Under the pieces are notes generated by a model that saw only the letters and a list, made by a program, of their open reading frames with translations, was not told where the DNA came from and searched no databases. The translations under genes were made by a program, and so were the position numbers. Below are positions 36,847-47,030 of a stretch of DNA of 64,000 bases, one piece after another (the stretch's first letter is position 1; the number at the start of each line of letters is the position of its first letter). Source of the stretch: an uncultured Candidatus Saccharibacteria bacterium (lineage in GTDB: Bacteria; Patescibacteriota; Minisyncoccia; UBA6257; 2-01-FULL-56-20); the NCBI GenBank assembly GCA_964361095.1, contig CAYHZA010000002.1:49594-113593 (forward strand), read 5' to 3'.

Positions 36847-37896
36847 TTATTTTCCCCCTCTTCTGCGTCCGTGAAATGATTTGTGGATTTCCCGCAGTTC
36901 TTTATTGGTAATGTGGGTGTAGATCTGCGTTGTGTTTATATTCGCGTGGCCCAAAAGTTCTTGGACCGAACGGAGATCGGCTCCGTTTATCAAAAGATCC
37001 GTCGCAAAGCTATGCCGGAGTTGGTGAGGATGTATTTTTTTTGGTATTCCCGACGCGATGGCGCGGTAATTCATAAGTCGTTGCACCGAGCGCGGTGTAA
37101 TTCTGCCGAGAATATTTTTTTCGTTTTTCGCGAGACTCACGAAAAGCGCCGATTCGGTGTCGCCGCGTTTTTCGAGATATTCTTTTATCGTTTTTTTTGC
37201 CCGATCCGAGAGAAAGACGACGCGTAATTTGTCGCCTTTTCCGCGGACGGTAAGTTCTCCTCGATTGAGATCGACATAGCGGTCGAGCGAGCAGAGCTCC
37301 GAGAGACGCAAACCGGTCGAGAAAAATGTTTCGAGTATCGCTTGATCACGCAACGCGCGAAAGTTCATTTTGGTCGGCCGCGCGAGGAGGCGTTCGAGGT
37401 CTTCGTAGTCGAGAACCTCGATTTGCCGACTCGGCACTTTAGGGAGTTCTATTTTTTCCGGCGCGAGAACTTTCATGTCGCGCCGCGTGAGATACTTCAA
37501 GAAATTGCGAAGCGCGATGACGTAATATCCTTGGGTAACTTTTTTAAGCGATTGGCGTATTTCGTCGGAGTTCCTTACGGCAACGGGGCGGGCAAGATGA
37601 AGTCGAAAGGCGCGGACGATCGTTTCGGTGATCTGTGAAGGAGAAGATATCTTTGCGAACTTAAGGAACTCCTTCAGATAGCGTTCATAATTTTCCCGCG
37701 TTTTCGGTGAACGGTTTTTTTCGATCTCCAAATAATTCAAATATTCTTCAAGGTAGGCTTCAATCGAGGATGCCATAACATCATTGTACTCCGTGGCTGA
37801 GGGAAGCGACAATGACATCTTTTGCGTTGAATAAGTATCATAGTAAATGGGCATCATCTTCGAGAACCGCCCCTTTATTTTCCCTATTCCTTGCAT
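36847..37896 (-). CDS. tyrosine site-specific recombinase, XerC/XerD family (or integrase)
   Basis: C-terminal catalytic 'HQLRHSFATDLLINGADLRSVQELLGHANINTTQIYTHI' and an N-terminal SAM-like core-binding domain. It sits 25 bp downstream of the tRNA-Leu 3' end. Confidence 0.8.
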   Translation of the reverse strand: MQGIGKIKGRFSKMMPIYYDTYSTQKMSLSLPSATEYNDVMASSIEAYLEEYLNYLEIEKNRSPKTRENYERYLKEFLKFAKISSPSQITETIVRAFRLHLARPVAVRNSDEIRQSLKKVTQGYYVIALRNFLKYLTRRDMKVLAPEKIELPKVPSRQIEVLDYEDLERLLARPTKMNFRALRDQAILETFFSTGLRLSELCSLDRYVDLNRGELTVRGKGDKLRVVFLSDRAKKTIKEYLEKRGDTESALFVSLAKNEKNILGRITPRSVQRLMNYRAIASGIPKKIHPHQLRHSFATDLLINGADLRSVQELLGHANINTTQIYTHITNKELREIHKSFHGRRRGGK

Positions 37897-37928
37897 TTTG
37901 GCTTTAAAAGCTGTATACTTTCCAAACT

Positions 37929-38195
37929 ATGCTTACGAAACGCGTGAAGGCGAGAATCGTCGGTGAGGTGCAAAAGCACAAAACCGACACGGGTTCAGCC
38001 GAGGTGCAGGTGGGGATTTTAAGCCGTCAGATAGATGAGCTCGCCACGCATCTTAAAAAGAATCCCAAAGACAATCACTCTCGGCGGGGACTCTTAAAAA
38101 TGGTGAGCCACCGGAGGAAACTCCTCCTCTACATAAAGAAAAAAGAGCCGAAGAGCTACGACAAGCTTATAAAAAAGCTCGATCTTAAAAAATAG
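37929..38195 (+). CDS. rpsO: 30S ribosomal protein S15
   Basis: 'GSAEVQVGILSRQIDELATHLKKNPKDNHSRRGLLKMVSHRRKLLLY' is the conserved S15 core. rpsO-pnp neighbourhood. Confidence 0.9.
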   Translation: MLTKRVKARIVGEVQKHKTDTGSAEVQVGILSRQIDELATHLKKNPKDNHSRRGLLKMVSHRRKLLLYIKKKEPKSYDKLIKKLDLKK

Positions 38196-38202
38196 ACCAC
38201 GT

Positions 38203-38793
38203 ATGAGACAGGCGAGTAGCGTATATGCGAATCAGCGCGTCGGTATTTTTATCGATGTACAAAATCTTTATCATTCGGCGAAAAATCTTTATCACGCGCG
38301 GGTAAATTATCGCGAGCTTATCAAGCACTTGGTCGCCGGACGTCAGCCCATTCGTTCGCTCGCCTACGTAGTGAAAAGCGAGGGAGTTGAGGGCGCGGCG
38401 CCTCGGGATGGTGCCCAGCACGTTGTGAAAGAGGTTTATCGGAGCGATGATACGCGCTCGGTTTCCTCTGAAGCCGCGTTTTTTGAAGCGCTCGAGAAGG
38501 CGGGGCTTGAACTGCGGCTCAAGGATCTGCAGATCTATGCCGATGGGCTGAAGAAGGCGGACTGGGATGTGGGAATGGCGGTGGATGCCATTCGGATGTC
38601 TTCGTTCCTTGATGTGGTAATATTGGTAACCGGCGACGGAGATTTTCTCCCCCTTATCGACTATTTAAAGTGGGGAGTAGGGAGATTTGTTGAAGTTGCC
38701 GCGTTTCACCGGAGCGCCTCTTCAAAGCTCCGCGAAGCGGCCGATAAGTTTATTAATATAGAAGAGATCCCTCGGGTACTCATAAAAAGATGA
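38203..38793 (+). CDS. NYN-domain (LabA-like) putative RNase
   Basis: 'RVGIFIDVQNLYHSA' and 'ILVTGDGDFLPLIDYLKWGVGRFVEVAAF' are NYN/LabA signatures. Confidence 0.65.
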   Translation: MRQASSVYANQRVGIFIDVQNLYHSAKNLYHARVNYRELIKHLVAGRQPIRSLAYVVKSEGVEGAAPRDGAQHVVKEVYRSDDTRSVSSEAAFFEALEKAGLELRLKDLQIYADGLKKADWDVGMAVDAIRMSSFLDVVILVTGDGDFLPLIDYLKWGVGRFVEVAAFHRSASSKLREAADKFINIEEIPRVLIKR

Positions 38794-40904
38794 AATTTGA
38801 AAGAAAAAAATTTTCTATTGAAGTCGGCGGAAGACCTCTCACGTTAGAGTTTTCTCCGCTTGCCGGAAAGGCGAACGCCGCGGTGCTTGGGAAATACGGC
38901 GAGACAATCGTCTTAGTGAGCGTGGTAATGAGCCCTACCGAATCAAGCGCGAATTATATGCCCCTGAAGGTTGACTACGAGGAGCGTTTTTACGCCGCCG
39001 GAAAGATTATCGGAAGCAGATTCATCCGTCGCGAGGGCCGTCCGTCCGAAGATGCGATTTTGACCGGGCGACTCGTGGATCGCGTGATCCGGCCGCTCTT
39101 TGACCAACGTCTGCGACACGAAGTGCAGGTCGTGGTAACGGTGCTTTCGTACGATGAAGAAAACGATCCTGATTTCGTCGGGCTTATCGCCGCCTCCGCC
39201 GCGCTTTCGATTTCCGATGTGCCGTGGCAGGGACCGATTGCCGCCGTGCGAATCGCAAAGATCGGAGAGACATTTCGGGTAAATCCGACGAATGCCGAAC
39301 TTCAATCACCCGAACTTTTATTTGAAACATTTGTCGCCGGTTCAAAAGGCGCGATTAATATGATAGAACTCGCGGGCAAAGAAGCCGGTGAGTCAGAAGT
39401 TTTGAAGGCGTTCGAATGGGCGGAACAAGAGTTCGCGCGCCTCGTTGATTTCCAATCGGAAATAGTAAAAGAAATCGGAAAGCCCAAAGCCGACATAAAG
39501 ATGGCCGAGGCAGAATCGGCATTGAAGAATGCGGTTAAGAAATTCCTCGCGGATCGGCTTGAAGATGCGATCTATGACGCGCCGAAAGACGGAAGAAATA
39601 CAAAGCTCGCGGCGCTCAAAGAAGAACTTTACGCGCATCTCAAGGAAACATTTGTGGCGAGCGAAAGCGGAGGAGCTCCCGATTTTAAAGCGGTTGAATT
39701 TTTAATCGAGGATATGGTTGACGCGTTGGTGCATAAAAATATTCTCGAAGACGGACGGCGTCCGGACGGACGGAAATTGGACGAAGTGCGCGCGCTTCAC
39801 GCCGAAACGCATCTTTTTGAGCGCACGCACGGTTCGGGATTGTTTATACGCGGCAACACTCAGGCGCTCGCGGTTACGACATTGGCGGCGCCGGGAGCGG
39901 AACAGCTTATCGAAACGATGGAAATAACGACGAAGCGTCGCTTTATGCTCCACTATAATTTCCCCGCATACTCCGTGGGAGAGATCGGCTCTTTCCGCGG
40001 ACCGGGACGTCGCGAGATCGGACACGGCGCTTTGGCGGAAAAGGCGATCCGCTGGATGATCCCAAGCGTGGAGCAATTTCCTTATACGATACGCGTCGTT
40101 TCGGAGATTCTCTCGTCAAACGGTTCTTCTTCGATGGCGACAACCTGCGCGGCAACACTATCGCTTCTTGACGCCGGCGTGCCGATCAAAAAGCCGGTCG
40201 CGGGAATTGCGATGGGGCTTATGATCGACGATAAAGGGAACTATAAAGTACTTACGGATATTCAGGGGCCTGAAGATCACTATGGGGATATGGACCTGAA
40301 GGTTGCCGGAACGGATGCGGGCGTGAACGCCATTCAGATGGATATCAAAGTGAACGGATTAAAACGTGAAATTTTGGAGGACGCGTTGCGTGAGGCAAAG
40401 AAGGCGCGGTTGCATATTTTGGATCATATGAAAAAAGTGATCGCGACGCACCGTCCGGAACTTTCGCCGTACGCGCCTAAAATAATCGTCTTGAAGATCA
40501 ATCCGGAAAAGATCGGTCTTGTGATCGGCCCCGGTGGAAAGATGATCAACGGACTTATTAAAAAAACGGGCGTCATTACCATCGATATCGAAGAGGACGG
40601 CAGTATATTTATTGCCGCCGATGATCCGAAGAAGGCAGAAGAGGCGGCGAACGACATTCGCGCGCTTACGCGAGAGTATAAAGTGGGTGAAGTCGTGGAG
40701 GGGCCTATCGTGCGTGTCCTTGATTTTGGAGCGATTGTGGATTTGGGAGGCGGTAAGGACGGAATGATACACGTTTCCGAGCTTCAGAACGGTTTCGTAA
40801 AGAATGTCGGTGACGTGGTGAAAGTTGGCGATTTTGTTCGCGCGAAGATTATCCGCGTTGATACGGACGGGCACATCGGTTTGTCCTTGAAACAGCTCGA
40901 GTAA
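38790..40904 (+). CDS. pnp: polyribonucleotide nucleotidyltransferase (PNPase)
   Basis: Two RNase PH domains, a KH domain ('IGLVIGPGGKMINGLIKKTG') and a C-terminal S1 domain ('VGEVVEGPIVRVLDFGAIVDL'). Confidence 0.9.
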   Translation: MKFERKKFSIEVGGRPLTLEFSPLAGKANAAVLGKYGETIVLVSVVMSPTESSANYMPLKVDYEERFYAAGKIIGSRFIRREGRPSEDAILTGRLVDRVIRPLFDQRLRHEVQVVVTVLSYDEENDPDFVGLIAASAALSISDVPWQGPIAAVRIAKIGETFRVNPTNAELQSPELLFETFVAGSKGAINMIELAGKEAGESEVLKAFEWAEQEFARLVDFQSEIVKEIGKPKADIKMAEAESALKNAVKKFLADRLEDAIYDAPKDGRNTKLAALKEELYAHLKETFVASESGGAPDFKAVEFLIEDMVDALVHKNILEDGRRPDGRKLDEVRALHAETHLFERTHGSGLFIRGNTQALAVTTLAAPGAEQLIETMEITTKRRFMLHYNFPAYSVGEIGSFRGPGRREIGHGALAEKAIRWMIPSVEQFPYTIRVVSEILSSNGSSSMATTCAATLSLLDAGVPIKKPVAGIAMGLMIDDKGNYKVLTDIQGPEDHYGDMDLKVAGTDAGVNAIQMDIKVNGLKREILEDALREAKKARLHILDHMKKVIATHRPELSPYAPKIIVLKINPEKIGLVIGPGGKMINGLIKKTGVITIDIEEDGSIFIAADDPKKAEEAANDIRALTREYKVGEVVEGPIVRVLDFGAIVDLGGGKDGMIHVSELQNGFVKNVGDVVKVGDFVRAKIIRVDTDGHIGLSLKQLE

Positions 40905-41050
40905 GCCCCGTTAGAGAATAATGATTCTCTGCGTTTCTTTGTAAGTGCCCTTGTTTTTCCAACGGGGTAAAACAAGTACCTTTTCTCTCGACGGGCGACG
41001 GAGTACAATAGAAAGAGTCGCCTGTTTTTTATTATAGAAAATAATTTTTC

Positions 41051-42070
41051 ATGGAAGAATCTCAAGTCGCGAGTAATCCCTCGTCCATTCCGGCTCCGCC
41101 GGAGGTGAGCGTGAGGACGATGACTTCGGATATTGAGGCGATGACGCGGGGCGGGGGTACCTCGATTATCCCCGACGGCGTAGGTAGCTCCGAGTCTGAT
41201 GTCGCCTATGCCCCGCCACGTCCCGAAACATTCACCTTAAGCGGAGAACCATACAAGGAACCTTTTGCGACGTATGTGAGTCCTCGCGCCGTGATTGTGG
41301 TGGGAATTATTGCCATACTTATCATGGCGATTTTGATAGGGTATTTTTTTGTATATCCATTTTTTATAAAATTGACCGTTCCGCCCTTTAATGCGAATCC
41401 AGGATCATTGACTCCCGCGCCGACAGGCATTGTGCTTCCGCCTTCGTCTCCGCCGAGCGTCGTAACGCATGAAACTTTTTTCCGCATTCTGGCAGACCGA
41501 ACGATTCCCTTTGTGGTTGTGAAGTCTCCCGTTTCGAGCGTGGTTGATCTGCAGACGTACGCGCAGAAATTAACGGGAGTGATTAATGCGACTGGTGGAA
41601 CCACGGGTTTTTATGAACTTGGCCTTGCGGATGATGCCGGAAAGCCTTTAGCCGCCTCGCGATTTTTTGATCATATCAGCGTTCATCTTTTTGAACCGAG
41701 TTTTCTCGACGCCAATTTCAATCCCGATTTTACGGCGTTCGTGTATAAGGACAGAAAGGGAATTTGGCCCGGATATGTGTTGGGAATAAAACGCGGCAAA
41801 ACGTTATCCGTTGTTCAGAATCAGATAGCAAAAGAAATTGAAAATTCTGGAGATATTACGAGTGCGTTTTTGACTTCACCGGGGAAACCCTCGCCGGGCG
41901 TTTTTCGTGACGCGCTGTTTCTTGATCACACGGTGCGGTATTTTACCTTCGATGTTCCGGGCAGTGTTGCGCAGACAGAGTTCAGCTACTCTTGGTTTAA
42001 TGATAAATTTCTGGTGATTTCGACATCGCGCGGAGGACTCGAGAAGGCATTCGAGCATTTGGGGAGGTAG
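41051..42070 (+). CDS. hypothetical membrane-anchored protein with a Pro-rich N-terminus
   Basis: 339 aa with a single TM 'VIVVGIIAILIMAILIGYFFVYPFF'. No domain recognised. Confidence 0.45.
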   Translation: MEESQVASNPSSIPAPPEVSVRTMTSDIEAMTRGGGTSIIPDGVGSSESDVAYAPPRPETFTLSGEPYKEPFATYVSPRAVIVVGIIAILIMAILIGYFFVYPFFIKLTVPPFNANPGSLTPAPTGIVLPPSSPPSVVTHETFFRILADRTIPFVVVKSPVSSVVDLQTYAQKLTGVINATGGTTGFYELGLADDAGKPLAASRFFDHISVHLFEPSFLDANFNPDFTAFVYKDRKGIWPGYVLGIKRGKTLSVVQNQIAKEIENSGDITSAFLTSPGKPSPGVFRDALFLDHTVRYFTFDVPGSVAQTEFSYSWFNDKFLVISTSRGGLEKAFEHLGR

Positions 42071-42383
42071 TTTTTTCTTTGGGTTTTCGAAGTCGCCCGC
42101 CTTTCTTTTGTGTAACCCGCTCAGGTTACAGAAATAGGATTCGCTCCGTTTGATTTTTTGAATAAATTTTGCGGTTCCCGTCATACTTCCGACCGTAAAA
42201 TTTATAATCAAAAAATCTACACTTCGCTCGGCTATTTCTCTCTAGCCTTCACTTATGGTTAACACAAAAGAAAGGCAGACGGATATCGGTTTTTGCAAAA
42301 ACTTATCAAACCCAAAGAAAAAACTATTCTTGAGATTGAGTTGGAGGAAAAGGAAAGCCGCTCTGATGGGAGCGGCTAGGTGT

Positions 42384-42839
42384 TTACTCGGAGGAGATTG
42401 GGAAATTGAAGAGTTTCTCGAGAGCGGTTCCCTCTGCCACGACATAGGCACCATCTTCTTCGAAGGTACCTATGTTAATTTTAATAACGAGAACCCCCTC
42501 TTTTTGACTGAGGACGAGTCTTCCCTCTTTGGCAAGAATTTTTTCGAATCCACTGAGGCAGACTTCTTCGAGTGTATCCGATCCATCATTGAAGAAAATA
42601 TCCTGAATATCTATGGCGCATGGCGGAATATCTTTGAGAGCCAAACGTTGTTGTATCTCGATCTCTTCCGCGACATCACTATCCGGCCATATTAGAAGGG
42701 TGAGGTGGAAGGAGTGGGAAACGAAGTCGAACTCCGTCAGGCTAAACGAGAATTCCACGTGGTCCGCCATCTCGAAATCTTGCAAGGTGACGTTTTTGGG
42801 GTCGAGAGTGTAGTCGTTCTTAGAAGATACGATTCGCAT
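42384..42839 (-). CDS. hypothetical acidic protein (start set at 'MRIVSS' after an AGGAGG RBS)
   Basis: A perfect 'aggagg' lies 7 nt upstream of the internal ATG at 42839 on the minus strand. Preferred over the antisense ORF 42255..42695. Confidence 0.45.
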   Translation of the reverse strand: MRIVSSKNDYTLDPKNVTLQDFEMADHVEFSFSLTEFDFVSHSFHLTLLIWPDSDVAEEIEIQQRLALKDIPPCAIDIQDIFFNDGSDTLEEVCLSGFEKILAKEGRLVLSQKEGVLVIKINIGTFEEDGAYVVAEGTALEKLFNFPISSE

Positions 42840-42962
42840 TGCGCACCTCCTCATAAATGAAAAGTTTCTGGTTTGAGTATATGTTAGTGAGTCTTATTTG
42901 TCGATAGTGGGGCTCCTTTTGAAAGTTTTAAAACGACCCTCTCCGAATTTAAAAAAGACCGC

Positions 42963-43982
42963 TTACGCGGTCTCCAGTTTTATTTTCTTTATTACGCCCT
43001 CTTGGATTGTTTTCAATGTCTTTTTATCTTCTTTTAACTTCTCGCGCACATTGTCGAATCCAACCCCTAATTTTTCGCCGTCCAAACTGTAGGTGGAGGC
43101 GGTTTTTATAACGATGCCATGTTTTAGCCCCGAGTTCAGCACATCCGCTTCATAGGAAATTCCTTGGCCATACATAATGTCGAATTCCGCGAGTTTGAAG
43201 GGCGCCGCGACTTTATTTTTGACTACCTTTGCTTTGACGCGACTACCGACGACATCCTCTCCTTTTTTGACTTGCGCGATGCGGCGGACATCGATGCGGA
43301 CCGAGGCGTAGAATTTCAACGCTTTTCCGCCCGGGGTTGTTTCGGGATTTCCGAACATCACCGTGTTGATTTGCATGCGGATTTGGTTGATGAAAATAAT
43401 CATCGTTTGGCTCTTCGCGGAGATGGCGGTGAGCTTTCGAAGCGCCTGTGACATCATCCGTGCTTGAAGGCCGATAAATTGAGCGCCCATTTCTCCCTCG
43501 ATTTCCGCGCGCGGCGTAAGCGCCGCCACGGAATCAACGACGATGACGGAGATCATATTCGAGCGCACCAAGCTTTCTAAAATATTCAGCGCCTGTTCGC
43601 CGTTGTCCGGTTGTGAGATGAGGAGATCATTTATTTTTACTCCTAAGCGCGAGGCGTATTCCGGATCCAGTGCGTGCTCGGCATCAATGAAGGCGGCTTT
43701 CCCTCCTTGTTTTTGCGCTTGCGCGACGACGTTCAATGCCAATGTTGTTTTACCGCTTCCTTCGGGACCGTACACTTCGATGATTCTTCCCCGAGGAAGC
43801 CCTCCGACACCCAGCGCGAGGTCCAAAGAAAAAGACCCCGTGGGAATGACGGCGACATCTACCTTGCGCACATCGCCGAGTTTCATGATCGCTCCCTCTC
43901 CGTATTTATCGCGAAGCGATGAAAGAAGGCCGTTTAATTCGTCCTGGTTCTCCTCATTCGTTTTTTTCTGCGGTATAGGCAT
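42963..43982 (-). CDS. recA: recombinase RecA
   Basis: '[19 protein letters not shown]' Walker A and the full RecA core. Confidence 0.9.
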   Translation of the reverse strand: MPIPQKKTNEENQDELNGLLSSLRDKYGEGAIMKLGDVRKVDVAVIPTGSFSLDLALGVGGLPRGRIIEVYGPEGSGKTTLALNVVAQAQKQGGKAAFIDAEHALDPEYASRLGVKINDLLISQPDNGEQALNILESLVRSNMISVIVVDSVAALTPRAEIEGEMGAQFIGLQARMMSQALRKLTAISAKSQTMIIFINQIRMQINTVMFGNPETTPGGKALKFYASVRIDVRRIAQVKKGEDVVGSRVKAKVVKNKVAAPFKLAEFDIMYGQGISYEADVLNSGLKHGIVIKTASTYSLDGEKLGVGFDNVREKLKEDKKTLKTIQEGVIKKIKLETA

Positions 43983-44130
43983 GTTTAAAGGTAAAATTTT
44001 TGACTTACGACAGCAAGATTTCGACGATTGATTTCAGTTCTTTCATAATAGCTTAAGTTTAGAATGTCGGGCGCGAGTGTCAACTTTAGGGCTATCTTAT
44101 GGATAGGGGTATTTTTATATATCTAAGCCG

Positions 44131-44811
44131 TTATTCCGAAAGGGGCGCTGAGGTCGGTGCTGTGCTGGTAGCTCCTGTTTTCGGAGGTGTTTGATAGATA
44201 ATTTCGCGGCTTACTTCGGTTTGTCGTCCAAGAAACTTTTTTGCGATAATACTTACCGGATTACGCCCGGGCTGGAGAAGGATATTCTTTTCCCAACGTC
44301 CGATGGCGTCTATCGCGACAGGCTCTCCGTTTACCTTCAACTCGTCGCTTCCGCTTACTTCTCCTTGTATGATAATTCGGTCATCGTGCACGGTGATCAA
44401 ATCTTCTGCCGGATAAGAAATAGTAAGCATGGGTTTTCCGAGTATTTTTGAAAAACGAAAACCAAAATAAACGACAAGAAGAATGACAATCGTTCCGATA
44501 ATTATTTTTTTACCCATGGGTTCTTTCGCGAAACGATTCTTGGGAAGCGCATCGGTTGGACCCGATCCTTTAATGAGCCCTTCTTCTTTAAGATGTTCCC
44601 ACCATGCCTCGCCGTTGAAGTCGAGGATTGTCCCGAGCTTCAGGAGATAGCCGCGGAGATAAGGAGCCGGAGGGAGAAGTTCAAAGCGGCCCGCGGCTAA
44701 ACTCTCGATGTGTTTCGCCGAGATGCCGCTCAATTCGGAAAGCTTGCGGAGCGTAAACCCTCGCTCCTTAAGTTTGTCCGCAAAAAGAGTTTGAAATTCG
44801 ATTGAGTCCAT
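44131..44811 (-). CDS. RodZ-like HTH (XRE-type) membrane protein
   Basis: N-terminal HTH 'FTLRKLSELSGISAKHIESLAAG', a single TM 'KIIIGTIVILLVVYFGF', and a C-terminal domain. Confidence 0.55.
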   Translation of the reverse strand: MDSIEFQTLFADKLKERGFTLRKLSELSGISAKHIESLAAGRFELLPPAPYLRGYLLKLGTILDFNGEAWWEHLKEEGLIKGSGPTDALPKNRFAKEPMGKKIIIGTIVILLVVYFGFRFSKILGKPMLTISYPAEDLITVHDDRIIIQGEVSGSDELKVNGEPVAIDAIGRWEKNILLQPGRNPVSIIAKKFLGRQTEVSREIIYQTPPKTGATSTAPTSAPLSE

Positions 44812-44816
44812 GGTTT

Positions 44817-46937
44817 TTATGAAAGCCCTTCTTCGGGGTTGTCTATATAGACTTCGCGCGGTTTCGCGCCTTCGCCCGGACCGATAACGTTTCGAGCTTC
44901 CATGATATCAAGAAGTCGGGCGGCCCGCGCGTATCCAACTCTGAGTCTTCTTTGGAGAAGTGAAGCGGAGGCTTTCTTCGCCTCGACAACTACGCGAACG
45001 GCTTCATCATAGATCTCATCGTCGTCATCTTCAAGCGCTTGGTCAAAGATACTGCCGCCAGCCGCTCCGGAAGATTCTCCTGCTCCGGCAAACCCCTCGG
45101 TGCCCTCTTCTTCGGTCATTTCGATGGGATTATTTTCTCTCACGAAATCCGCCACCGCGTGTATCTCTTCTTCGGTAATGTAAGCGCCCTGGATGCGCTT
45201 TGGCTTTGAGAGCTCGGAAGAGATAAAGAGCAGATCGCCGCCGCCCAAAAGTTTTTCCGCGCCTCCGGTATCAAGAATGGTTCGGGAGTCGATCTGGCTC
45301 GCCACTTGAAGCGCGATGCGGCTTGTGATGTTCGCTTTGATGAGTCCGGTAATAATTTCAACCGACGGACGTTGGGTTGAAAGGACAAGATGGAGGCCGG
45401 TGGCGCGCGCCATCTGCGCGAGGCGCACAATTGAACCTTCCACTTCGCGGCCATAGGAGGTCATAAGATCGGCAAGTTCGTCTACGACAATCAAGATATA
45501 CGGTAACGGTTCATCTTTCCCGCCGTTTGTGTTGTAGCTCTTGATATCTCGGCTTCCCGCCTTAAGGAGAACGTCGTATCGTCGATCCATTTCTTTGAGC
45601 GCCCACCGAAAAACATTGATGGCTTTTTTGCTCTCAATAATTACGGGTGAGACGAGATGGGGAATATGTTCATAAATAGAAAGCTCAACGCGTTTCGGAT
45701 CGATCAGAATAAGTTTCAGTGTGTCGGGAGAGTTTTTATAGAGAAGAGAAAGAATAATAGAGTGGATCATAACGCTCTTTCCGCTTCCTGTTGAGCCCGC
45801 AACCAAAAGATGCGGCATGCGTTCGATATCGGCAAAAATTGGATCGCCGTTTACATCCCTGCCCAACGTAAATCCAAGGGGACCTGATTTTTGGAAATCC
45901 TGATAGCTCATCAAGCTCCCGAGGCGAACGAGCGCCGCGGTTTTATTCGGGACCTCGATGCCCACGAGGGACTTTCCCGGGATAGGAGCCTCGATGCGGA
46001 TAGGATGCGCCGCGAGCGCGAGGGAGATGTCTTGGTGCAAGGCCATGATGCGCGAAAGCTTTACTCCTTCGGCGGGCTTTAACGTATAGCGTGTTACTTT
46101 TGGCCCGATATTAATTTCTCCCATTTCGACCGCGATGCCGAAACTTTCAAGAGTTCGCCTGATGATGTTCGCGTTTGCGCGCAGATCGCCCGTTGTCGGT
46201 TTTTCAACCGTTGATTTTAAGAGCGAGAGGGGAGGAGGAACATAATTCCTAAACTTTCTGATGGACGGCTTTTTCATTTTTTCCGGAGCATTTTCCGATC
46301 CGTCGCTTACCTTGAGGTGCTCTTCTCCTGTTACGGCTGTTCCTTCTTTCTCTTTTGGCTTTTCTTTTAGGTCATTAAGGATTACGGTTTCAACGTGGCC
46401 TTCGCCGGTCGTAACCGGAACTTCAATCGGCTTTTCCTTTCTTTGGGGCAGCCGGATTTTCAAAGGCGCGTCCAGCGTAATAAGTCCGGCGATAAAAAGG
46501 ATAACTATATTAATAATAACGGCGGCTGTTTGACCGAAAGGAACTCGCAAGGATCCGAAAAGAAGGCCAAGCCAGCCTCCGTGGGTTGGCGCGAAGAGTT
46601 CGGTGAGACCGAGGATCGAAAGAAGGAGAAGCAATGCTCCGAAAAAAGCCACGCCCATAGTTATCTCTCGTTCCGAGAAGAGGAATACACCCGCGACGAT
46701 AAAAAGCGAAAGCGGGAGCGCGAGGTATCCCCACCCGAGAACAACCGAAAGCATTTTATAAACAAATCCTCCGAGGGGACCCGCGTATTCAAGGTTTGCG
46801 AGAATAAGGACAATCGATACGCCAATAAGCCCGATTGCCCAGATGCTTTTTTTTGTATCGGGTTTTAGGCGGTAAGACGTGCTCGTTTCCGGGGTGCCGT
46901 TCCGTTTGTGTTTCTTGCTCATGAGGTTCGTATCCAT
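44817..46937 (-). CDS. ftsK: DNA translocase FtsK/SpoIIIE
   Basis: N-terminal TMs, motor domain 'HLLVAGSTGSGKSVMIHSIILSLL' and 'ILIVVDELADLM', and a C-terminal gamma-like winged-helix domain. Confidence 0.9.
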   Translation of the reverse strand: MDTNLMSKKHKRNGTPETSTSYRLKPDTKKSIWAIGLIGVSIVLILANLEYAGPLGGFVYKMLSVVLGWGYLALPLSLFIVAGVFLFSEREITMGVAFFGALLLLLSILGLTELFAPTHGGWLGLLFGSLRVPFGQTAAVIINIVILFIAGLITLDAPLKIRLPQRKEKPIEVPVTTGEGHVETVILNDLKEKPKEKEGTAVTGEEHLKVSDGSENAPEKMKKPSIRKFRNYVPPPLSLLKSTVEKPTTGDLRANANIIRRTLESFGIAVEMGEINIGPKVTRYTLKPAEGVKLSRIMALHQDISLALAAHPIRIEAPIPGKSLVGIEVPNKTAALVRLGSLMSYQDFQKSGPLGFTLGRDVNGDPIFADIERMPHLLVAGSTGSGKSVMIHSIILSLLYKNSPDTLKLILIDPKRVELSIYEHIPHLVSPVIIESKKAINVFRWALKEMDRRYDVLLKAGSRDIKSYNTNGGKDEPLPYILIVVDELADLMTSYGREVEGSIVRLAQMARATGLHLVLSTQRPSVEIITGLIKANITSRIALQVASQIDSRTILDTGGAEKLLGGGDLLFISSELSKPKRIQGAYITEEEIHAVADFVRENNPIEMTEEEGTEGFAGAGESSGAAGGSIFDQALEDDDDEIYDEAVRVVVEAKKASASLLQRRLRVGYARAARLLDIMEARNVIGPGEGAKPREVYIDNPEEGLS

Positions 46938-47030
46938 TCATTTTCCTACGAAGTGGGATATAATTCAAATTGCGATGCGAAGTCGCATAGTATCGGAAAA
47001 TAATTTTCCGACCATTTCCTCAATTACTCA

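Noticed and set aside
42255-42695. 146-aa plus-strand ORF antisense to 42384..42839
   Set aside because: The minus-strand ORF has a perfect AGGAGG RBS and sits in recA-flank orientation. Only one of the two can be real, and the minus-strand one is better supported.
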